Source: Candidatus Eiseniibacteriota bacterium (GTDB lineage: Bacteria; Eisenbacteria; RBG-16-71-46). From it: DNA of 64,000 nucleotides. Positions 29,446 through 36,706 of this stretch are shown piece after piece; within the stretch, counting starts at the first letter, position 1, and each line of letters opens with the position of its first letter. The translations under genes were made by a program, and so were the position numbers. The DNA lies in the NCBI GenBank assembly GCA_963707915.1, contig OY970178.1, positions 1-64,000 of the forward strand. Reading direction: 5' to 3'. The notes under the pieces were generated by a model. That model was not told where the DNA came from and searched no databases. It worked only from the letters and a program-made list of their open reading frames with translations.

Positions 29446-32400
29446 GTGCCCGGCCGGTCGCGATGCGGCTCGCCGTGCTGGCGGCCGCGTGGGCCCTGCC
29501 GGTGGCGGCGGCCACGGCAGCCGCGGCGCCCGCCGGGACGCCCGTCGACGGCTTCGATTCCGCGGCGACGTGGACCGCTCAGCCCGCCGACGGCGTCGAG
29601 ATGAGGATCTCCGACGAGCCGGACGCGGGTCCGGCCGGCGGCCCCGGCCGCGCGCTGCGCGTGGACTTCCGCTTCGTGAAGGGGGGTGGCTACGCGGTGC
29701 TCCGCCGCAGGCTCGACCTGGCGCTGCCCGACAATTACCGCTTCACCTTCCGCGTGCGCGGCGACTGCCCGCCCGAGAACCTCGAGTTCAAGCTCGTCGA
29801 CTCGACCGGGGAGAACGTCTGGTGGCACAACGAGCGCGACTTCCGCTTCCCGCGCGACTGGCGGACGGTCGTGGTCCGCCGGCGCGAGATCTCCTTCGCG
29901 TGGGGGCCGGCGGGCGGCGGCGAGTTGCGCCGCGCGGCGGCCCTCGAGATCGCCATCACCGCGGGCAGCGGGGGCAGCGGCACCGTGTGGCTCGACGATC
30001 TCGTGCTGACGCCGCTGCCGCCCCCGGGCGCCGTGCCGCCGCTGGTCGTGGCCAGGGCCTCGTCGGCCCGCGCGGGACGCGCCGCGGGCCTGGCGGTGGA
30101 CGGCTCGGCGCGGAGCGCGTGGGTCAGCGCCCCGAGCGACCCCGCACCGTGGCTCGAGCTGGACCTGGGTGGGACGCGCGAGTTCGGCGGGCTGGTGGTG
30201 GACCGCGCGAAGGAGTGGCGATCCCCCGGGTACGTCGCCGAGGTCTCCGACGACCGCGTCACCTGGCGCGCGGTGCGGACGGTGGGGAACGTGAGGCGCG
30301 AGCGCGATCACCTCGACCTGCCCGAGACCGAGGCGCGCTACGTCCGCCTGCGGGCCCTCGGGAGCGGTGCGCTGGCGGTGAGCGAGGTGCGGGTCATGCC
30401 GCTCGAGTGGTCCTCCACCCCCGCGGCCTTCTACCGCGCCGTCGCGCTGGACGCTCCGCGCGGCACCTACCCGCGCGCGATCCTGGGCGAGCAGTCCTTC
30501 TGGTCCGTCGTGGGCGCGGACGGCGCCCGGCAGGAGGGCCTCCTCGGCCAGGACGGGATGCTGGAGACGGGGCAGGGGGCGTACTCGATCGAACCGTTCC
30601 TTTTCACCGGGGGGCGGCTGGTCGACTGGGCCGACGTGAAGCCCGAGGCGACGCTCGAGGACGGTTCGCTGCCCATCCCCTCGGTGCGCTGGCAGGGCGA
30701 CGACCTCGAGCTGACGGTCACCGCCTTCGCCGACGGCCCGGCGGACGCCTCGTCGCTGGTCGCCCGCTACCGGGTGCGGAACCTGGGCGCGGCGCCGGCG
30801 AGCGCCACGCTCTACCTGGCGCTGCGGCCCTTCCAGGTGAATCCCCCGGCGCAGTTCCTGGGGGTCCCGGGGGGTGTGGCGCCGTTGCGCTCGTTGTTCG
30901 CCGACGGCGGGGTCATCCGGGTGAACGGGGACCGCGGCGTGGTCTGCCTGGCCCCGCCCGATGGCTTCGGCGCGATCGGCTCGGCGGACGGCGACGTGGT
31001 GGGCGACTACCTGCGCGACGGCCGCCTGCCGCCGCGCACGCACGCCGTGGACACGCTCGAGCGCGCCTCGGGCGCGCTCGCGTACCGGCTGGAGCTGGCG
31101 GGCGGCGCCGAGGACGAGGTGGCCATCGAGGTCCCGCTCGCGACGCGGCCCGGGCCCCCGCCCGCGGGGAGCGACGATGCCTGGCGCTCCGCGGTGGAGG
31201 CCCGGCTCGGCGCCTGCCGCGCGGCCTGGCGCGCGCGGGCGGACCGCATGAGCCTGCGGCTCCCGGGGGCGGCGGCCGATGTCGCGCGGGCGCTCGAGGC
31301 CCAGCTGGGATGGATCCTGGTGAACCGCGACAGCGCCGGGATCCAGCCGGGCTCACGCTCCTACTCGCGATCGTGGATCCGGGACGGGGCGCTGACCTGC
31401 ACGGCGCTGCTGCGGCTCGGCCACCCGGAAGAGGTGCGCGAGTTCATCGAGTGGTTCGCGCCCTACCAGTACGCCGACGGCAAGGTGCCGTGCTGCGTGG
31501 ACGCGCGCGGCTCGGACCCGGTGCCCGAGCACGACGCGGCGGGCGAGTTCGTCTACCTCGTGGCCGAGTACTACCGCCACACCGGCGACCGCGCGCTGGT
31601 GGAACGGCAGTGGCCCGCGGTGACGCGGGCCACGGCGTACCTGGACTCGCTGCGGCAGCTGCGGCGTACCCCCGAGTGGCGCGTCGCGGGGAAGGAGGAG
31701 TTCTTCGGGCTCCTGCCGCCCTCGATCAGCCACGAGGGCTATTCGGCGAAGCCGATGCACTCCTACTGGGACGACCTCTTCGCCCTGCGCGGCTTCAAGG
31801 ACGCCGCGTTCCTGGCCGGGGCGCTCGGGCGCGAGGCCGACGCGCGGCGGTTCGCGGCGGCGCGGGACGAGTTCCAGCGGGAGCTGGCGGCCTCGGTCGG
31901 GGCCGCGATGCGGCGTCACCACATCGACTACGTCCCGGGGTGCGCCGACCTCGGCGACTTCGACGCCACCTCGACCACCATCGCGCTCGATCCGGTGCAG
32001 GCCGGGGACGTCCTGCCGCGCGCCGCGCTCGAGCGCACGTTCGAGCGCTACTGGGGGTTCTTCCGCGACCGCCGCGACGGGGTCGCGCCGTGGGAGGCCT
32101 TCACGCCCTACGAGATGCGCACCATCGGCGCCTTCGCGCGCCTGGGCTGGCGCGAGCGGGCCGACAGCCTGCTCGCCTACTTCATGGCGTTCCGGCGCCC
32201 GCCCGGCTGGCAGCAGTGGGCCGAGGTCGCCTGGCACGACGAGCGCACGCCGCACTTCATCGGCGACCTGCCCCACACCTGGGTGGGGTCGGACTTCGTG
32301 CGCTCCGTGCTGGACCTGTTCGCCTTCGAGCGCGAGTCCGACAGCACGTTGGTGCTCGCCGCGGGGGTGCCGCTCGACTGGGTCATGCAGGAGGGCGGCG

Positions 32401-32636
32401 TGGCGCTGCGCGGGCTCTCGACCTCCCTCGGGCCGCTGACCTGCACGCTGCGCGGACGCGGGCCGGGGATCGAGGTGCGCGTCGAGGCGGGACTGCAGGT
32501 GCCGCCCGGTGGCATCGTGCTGCGCGCCCCGGGGAACTTCCGCCGGGCCGAGGTGAACGGCGTGGCCACCCCGGTCGGACCTGCGGGCGAGGTGGTGCTG
32601 CGTCGGCTGCCGGCGACGGTGGTGCTCAGGCCCTGA
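29442..32636 (+). CDS. Secreted multidomain protein: CBM-like + discoidin (F5/8C, CBM32) + putative (alpha/alpha)6 glycoside hydrolase domain
   Basis: Signal peptide; galactose-binding-like domain ending GTVWLDDL; F5/8C (ASS...AVDG...W...WLELDLG...ARYVRL); C-terminal QPGSRSYSRSWIRDG, EHDAAGE, SISHEGYS, YWDDLF, PYEMR, QWAE, DLPHTW. Confidence 0.7.
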   Translation: MSARPVAMRLAVLAAAWALPVAAATAAAAPAGTPVDGFDSAATWTAQPADGVEMRISDEPDAGPAGGPGRALRVDFRFVKGGGYAVLRRRLDLALPDNYRFTFRVRGDCPPENLEFKLVDSTGENVWWHNERDFRFPRDWRTVVVRRREISFAWGPAGGGELRRAAALEIAITAGSGGSGTVWLDDLVLTPLPPPGAVPPLVVARASSARAGRAAGLAVDGSARSAWVSAPSDPAPWLELDLGGTREFGGLVVDRAKEWRSPGYVAEVSDDRVTWRAVRTVGNVRRERDHLDLPETEARYVRLRALGSGALAVSEVRVMPLEWSSTPAAFYRAVALDAPRGTYPRAILGEQSFWSVVGADGARQEGLLGQDGMLETGQGAYSIEPFLFTGGRLVDWADVKPEATLEDGSLPIPSVRWQGDDLELTVTAFADGPADASSLVARYRVRNLGAAPASATLYLALRPFQVNPPAQFLGVPGGVAPLRSLFADGGVIRVNGDRGVVCLAPPDGFGAIGSADGDVVGDYLRDGRLPPRTHAVDTLERASGALAYRLELAGGAEDEVAIEVPLATRPGPPPAGSDDAWRSAVEARLGACRAAWRARADRMSLRLPGAAADVARALEAQLGWILVNRDSAGIQPGSRSYSRSWIRDGALTCTALLRLGHPEEVREFIEWFAPYQYADGKVPCCVDARGSDPVPEHDAAGEFVYLVAEYYRHTGDRALVERQWPAVTRATAYLDSLRQLRRTPEWRVAGKEEFFGLLPPSISHEGYSAKPMHSYWDDLFALRGFKDAAFLAGALGREADARRFAAARDEFQRELAASVGAAMRRHHIDYVPGCADLGDFDATSTTIALDPVQAGDVLPRAALERTFERYWGFFRDRRDGVAPWEAFTPYEMRTIGAFARLGWRERADSLLAYFMAFRRPPGWQQWAEVAWHDERTPHFIGDLPHTWVGSDFVRSVLDLFAFERESDSTLVLAAGVPLDWVMQEGGVALRGLSTSLGPLTCTLRGRGPGIEVRVEAGLQVPPGGIVLRAPGNFRRAEVNGVATPVGPAGEVVLRRLPATVVLRP

Positions 32637-32714
32637 GCGCCGCCCGGCGACTCTGGCCGGACCCTGCGGCGGCCCGATGCCCGGGCGGACCGGGGCCGGG
32701 CCGCCCGGCCCGGA

Positions 32715-35141
32715 TCAGCGCCCGGCGGGCCCGGTCCGGGCCGGGCGCGGCAACCTCAGATCCACGGTGTGTTCGCGACCGTCGCCGAAGGCGGGGACGA
32801 GGTCCGTGGGTTGGAGCTTCCCATCCACGCGCAACTCCCGGCGCTCCCCGTGGGTGCGGACCGTGATGCGGTAGACGCTGCCGCGGAAGGTGCGCTTCAT
32901 GGTGAAGCCCTTCCAGCGCGGCGGCAGGCAGGGACGCACGAGCAGGCCTGCGTAGGTCGGCCGCACGCCCAGCAGCCACTCGGTGCTCACCCGGAACATC
33001 CACGCCGCGGAGCCGGTGTACCAGGTCCAGCCGCCGCGGCCGTAGTTGGGCGAGTCGGGGCCGTCCACGTTGCCGGGCGTGACGTAGGGCTCGACCTTGT
33101 AGAGGTCGGGCTTCATCCCGCGCAGGACGGGGCAGAACGAGCGGTAGAGCTTCCAGGCCGCCTCGCCGCGGCCGAGCAGGCACTCGGCCTGGAGGGCCCA
33201 CATCCCGGCGTGGGTGTAGAGGCCGCCGTTCTCGCGCGAGCCGGGGGCGTAGCGCGTGAGGTAGCCGATCTTCGCGTCGGGCTGGCGGTAGGCCGGCGCC
33301 AGCAGGAGCGGCCCGTAGTCGCGGTAGAGGTGGCGCTCCATGGCTCTCAGCATCCGCGGCAGGCGCTGCTTCGGCACCACGCCGCTCAGGATGGCCCAGG
33401 TCTGCGCGTTCAGGTAGATCCTGCCGTCGCGGCACTTCTTCGAGCCGATGACCTCGCCGCTGTCCTTGGTCGCCCGCACGTACCAGTCGCCGTCCCAGAA
33501 GTGCCGGTTGACCGCGGCGCCCATCTTCGCCGCCTCGCGCCGGTACTTCGCGATCATCCTCGCGTCGGGACGGGGGAGATGCTCCTCGAGCTCCGCCCAG
33601 TCCTCGAGGATGCCGACCAGGAAGTGGGCGAGCCAGACGCTCTCGGACTTGAGCTTCAGCCCGATGGCCGAGAGCCCGTCGTTCCAGTCGCCGGCGCCCA
33701 TCAGCGGCACGCCGCGCGGCGAGAGCCGGGTCCAGAACGTGTCGATGGCGCGCCGGCAGTGCTCGTAGAGCGTGCCCCGCTCGCGCGAGGGCCTGCCACC
33801 CGGGCCGAGGTAGAGGATGCGCTCGTCCAGCAGTCCGTAGTCCGCGGTCTCGCGCAGGTAGCGCAGCGTCACGAACGGCAGCCACAGCAGGTCGTCGTTG
33901 TACTTCTTCTTCGCGCCCTCTTCGGTGAGCGGGTGCCACCAGTGCCAGGTCGTGCCGTCCTGGAACTGGTGGGCGGCGCTCAGGCGGATCTGCTGCCGGG
34001 TCCGTCGCGGGTCGAGCGGCAGGAAGACCAGGCTGTCCTGGAGCTGGTCGCGGAATCCGTAGGCGCCGCCCGGCTGGAAGTAGCCGGTCCGGCCCCAGAG
34101 GCGGCTGGAAATGGTCTGGTACTTGAGCCAGACGTTGGTGAGCAGGTCGAAGGCCGGTTCCGGGGTCTTCACCTCGAGCGGGGCGAGGAGCGCCGCCCAG
34201 TGGCGCTCCATGCGCCGCCAGGCGGTCTCGACCGCGCGCGGCCGGTGGTACTTGCGGGCGAGGCGCAGGGCGGCCGCGCGGTCGTCGGCCAGGCCGAGGG
34301 TGAAGACGACCTCCTTCGTCTCGCCCGGCTGGATCGTCACCGCGACCTGCAGCGAGCCGATCGCGTCCAGGCAGTCGCCGGTGCTGTTCGAGAGGCGGGG
34401 CCGCCCGAGGGCCGCGGGGCTCCTGAGCGAGCCGTACTGGCCGACGAACCGTTCCTTGTCGCCCTCGTGCGCCACCGGCCTCGCGCTGGCGGCGTGGAAG
34501 GCCACGTGCGGCCACTCCGTGTTCCAGGGCTGGCCGCGGCCGTGTTCCGCGATGGTGCTCAGGCGCTTGGTGGCCACCAGCGCGTGGGCGGCGGGGACGT
34601 AGTCCGAGTCGATGAAGAGCTTGTGGAACTCGCGGTGGGTGTCGGGCGCCGGGCCCAGGTTCCACTCGAGGTAGGTGAACAGGTCGAGGTGCCGCGCCTG
34701 GCGCGAGCGGTTCGTGAGCCTCACGCGCCAGAGCTCGAGCGGCTCGCCCGGCGGCACGAAGATGGTGTATTCGCTCTCGACGCCCTGGTGGAGCGCGACG
34801 ATGGTGGTGTAGCCGATGCCGTGGCGGCACTCGAAGCGGTCGAACTTCGCCTTCACCGGCTGCCAGCCGAGCGACCAGTGCCGGCCCGAGTCCCGGTCCC
34901 GGCAGTAGATCCACTTGCCCCATTCGTCGCGGACCAGGTCCTGCTCCCAGCGAGTCAGGCGGTTGAACGTGGCGTGGGTCATCCACGAGTAGCCCGAGCC
35001 GGCCTGCGAGACGATGGTGCCGTACTCGCCCGGGCAGATGACGTTCACCCAGGGCCGCGGCGTGCCGGGGCGCGTGATGACGTACTCGCTCCCGTCGGCG
35101 CTGAAGTGCCCGTATCGGGTCTGGAACCGTTTCGGCATCAC
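32715..35141 (-). CDS. GH94 glycoside phosphorylase resembling the NdvB/Cgs C-terminal phosphorylase domain
   Basis: TPRPWVNVI, CRHGIGYT, QPGGAYGFRDQLQD, HWWHP, GDWNDGL, ESVWL, ENGGLYTHA, YKVEPYV, GRGGWTWYTGSAAW. Confidence 0.9.
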   Translation of the reverse strand: MMPKRFQTRYGHFSADGSEYVITRPGTPRPWVNVICPGEYGTIVSQAGSGYSWMTHATFNRLTRWEQDLVRDEWGKWIYCRDRDSGRHWSLGWQPVKAKFDRFECRHGIGYTTIVALHQGVESEYTIFVPPGEPLELWRVRLTNRSRQARHLDLFTYLEWNLGPAPDTHREFHKLFIDSDYVPAAHALVATKRLSTIAEHGRGQPWNTEWPHVAFHAASARPVAHEGDKERFVGQYGSLRSPAALGRPRLSNSTGDCLDAIGSLQVAVTIQPGETKEVVFTLGLADDRAAALRLARKYHRPRAVETAWRRMERHWAALLAPLEVKTPEPAFDLLTNVWLKYQTISSRLWGRTGYFQPGGAYGFRDQLQDSLVFLPLDPRRTRQQIRLSAAHQFQDGTTWHWWHPLTEEGAKKKYNDDLLWLPFVTLRYLRETADYGLLDERILYLGPGGRPSRERGTLYEHCRRAIDTFWTRLSPRGVPLMGAGDWNDGLSAIGLKLKSESVWLAHFLVGILEDWAELEEHLPRPDARMIAKYRREAAKMGAAVNRHFWDGDWYVRATKDSGEVIGSKKCRDGRIYLNAQTWAILSGVVPKQRLPRMLRAMERHLYRDYGPLLLAPAYRQPDAKIGYLTRYAPGSRENGGLYTHAGMWALQAECLLGRGEAAWKLYRSFCPVLRGMKPDLYKVEPYVTPGNVDGPDSPNYGRGGWTWYTGSAAWMFRVSTEWLLGVRPTYAGLLVRPCLPPRWKGFTMKRTFRGSVYRITVRTHGERRELRVDGKLQPTDLVPAFGDGREHTVDLRLPRPARTGPAGR

Positions 35142-35212
35142 GTCCGCTCCAAGGTGGCTGCGGGGAAGGCCGCGGGAGCGCCCGCGGCGAGGGCGTCAGA
35201 ATGTCGAACGTA

Positions 35213-35280
35213 CCGAAGCCCGCGTGCCTGCGCACGCGGGCTTCGGGTCCACGGAAGACGATCCGAGGGATGTTCTTCCG
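35213..35280 (-). other. Tandem hairpins between the 35285-36121 gene and GH94 (terminator or mRNA-stabilising element)
   Basis: Perfect 15-bp stem ccgaagcccgcgtgc-ctgc-gcacgcgggcttcgg (35213-35246) plus cggaaga...tcttccg (35252-35280). Confidence 0.6.
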
Positions 35281-35284
35281 GTGT

Positions 35285-36121
35285 CTACCGGTAGATGCTC
35301 TTCACCTGGCCCCAGGTCGAGCGGGTCGCCGGCGTGGCCGACGGGCCCTCGAAGTTGAGGTTCTTCCACTGCGCCGTGAAGTTGAACAGGGCGCCGCCGC
35401 TGCCGTTCGGCGCCTGGAGGAAGCCGCCGGCCTGCGCGGGGTAGAGCGCGCCGTACTCGCCGTGGCCCTCGGCCGGGGTCCCCTGGTCGAAGGGCAGGTA
35501 GGGGCTGTAGTAGGAGTTGCCCTGGTAGTAGATCTTGTACAGGATCGTGGCCGGGGCGGCGATGGTCAGGTCGTTCGGTGTGTAGACGATCTCCATCCAG
35601 ATGTCCGTGCCGGGGGTGTAGGTCACGCCCCAGCCCGCGGTGAAGCTGTAGAACGGCAGCCGCCCGCCGAAGCAGGCGATCTCGCCGTTGCCGCCGATGC
35701 GCACCATGAACCTGCCGTCGGCCTGCAGCGACCACCAGGGGGAGAGCCGGAGCCCGCCCTCGCCGACGCCGGCGCCGGAGTAGCTGCCGTTGAAGACGCC
35801 CGAGAACTTGTAGTGGCTGCAGTTCTCGAACACGGCCGGCGTGATGCCGTCCTCCGAGAAGGACCAGACGTGCAGGTTGGTCCAGCCCACGCAGCCTTCG
35901 TCCGTGTCGTTGATCGAGACCAGGGACGGGTAGTTATTGACGAGCGTGAGGGCGGAGGCGGGGCAATTGTCCCAGACGCGCGGCGTGATGACAACGCTGT
36001 TCGGGATGGGCGTGTTGCCCGGGCAGGTGAGACCGTTCTGAGCCACCGCGAGGCTGCTCGCGACCAGGCCCAGTGCCACCACTGCGGCGAACGCCAGACT
36101 GGAGTAGCTGTTCCGCTTCAT
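35285..36121 (-). CDS. Secreted hypothetical protein with short C-terminal tail TPATRSTWGQVKSIYR
   Basis: GGAGG RBS, signal peptide, beta-rich aromatic core with several Cys, coding-like codon usage. Confidence 0.8.
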   Translation of the reverse strand: MKRNSYSSLAFAAVVALGLVASSLAVAQNGLTCPGNTPIPNSVVITPRVWDNCPASALTLVNNYPSLVSINDTDEGCVGWTNLHVWSFSEDGITPAVFENCSHYKFSGVFNGSYSGAGVGEGGLRLSPWWSLQADGRFMVRIGGNGEIACFGGRLPFYSFTAGWGVTYTPGTDIWMEIVYTPNDLTIAAPATILYKIYYQGNSYYSPYLPFDQGTPAEGHGEYGALYPAQAGGFLQAPNGSGGALFNFTAQWKNLNFEGPSATPATRSTWGQVKSIYR

Positions 36122-36354
36122 GAGTTTGGTTCCTCCGTGCTGCGGGTGCGGGTACGGGGTGTGCGGATGCGAAACGTGATGAGGGCCTGCTGCCTCGTCG
36201 AAGCATGACAGCCTGCGTGCCCGAGCGGAAGGAGCCCCCGTGCGTTCGCACGCGATCTCACCGAACGAGCGCTACCCTGATGCGCGAATTGTAGCGCTTG
36301 TTCAGTGACGGCACACCCGGTCTTCCGTCGGGCTGAGCAGCTGTCTTGCCTGTA

Positions 36355-36389
36355 TGTAAACGTTTACACACCTGTTCTATCCATGTCAA
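36355..36389 (-). promoter_or_regulatory. sigma70-type promoter with overlapping perfect-palindrome LacI-family operator
   Basis: Minus strand TTGACA (36389-84)-N17-TAAACG (36366-61); TGTAAACGTTTACA at 36355-36368. Same geometry as 12656-12691. Confidence 0.8.
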
Positions 36390-36706
36390 CGACATTCTCG
36401 CCGCCTCGCCGCCACCCGGCTGCACGGGTGGCCGGCGCCACCTCCCTCGCGGGTGCGGTCTCGACCGCTCGCGCTCGCGAAGCGGCCAGGGCCGTGGCCC
36501 GGTCCGGAACTCTAACCCGTTGGCTGCCAATGAACAGCCGCCGGACCATGGGGGGAGCGCTTGGGCCGCCGGTCCGGGCGATGTAGTCTGCCGGGTCCAC
36601 GGACCCGGACCGGTCCAACGCCGGGGGGCGAAGGGGGAGGTCCGGGCCCGGCCAGGGACCGGCCCTGGCCCGTCTCGGGCCCGGCTGCGGAAGGGAGTCC
36701 ATCGTC

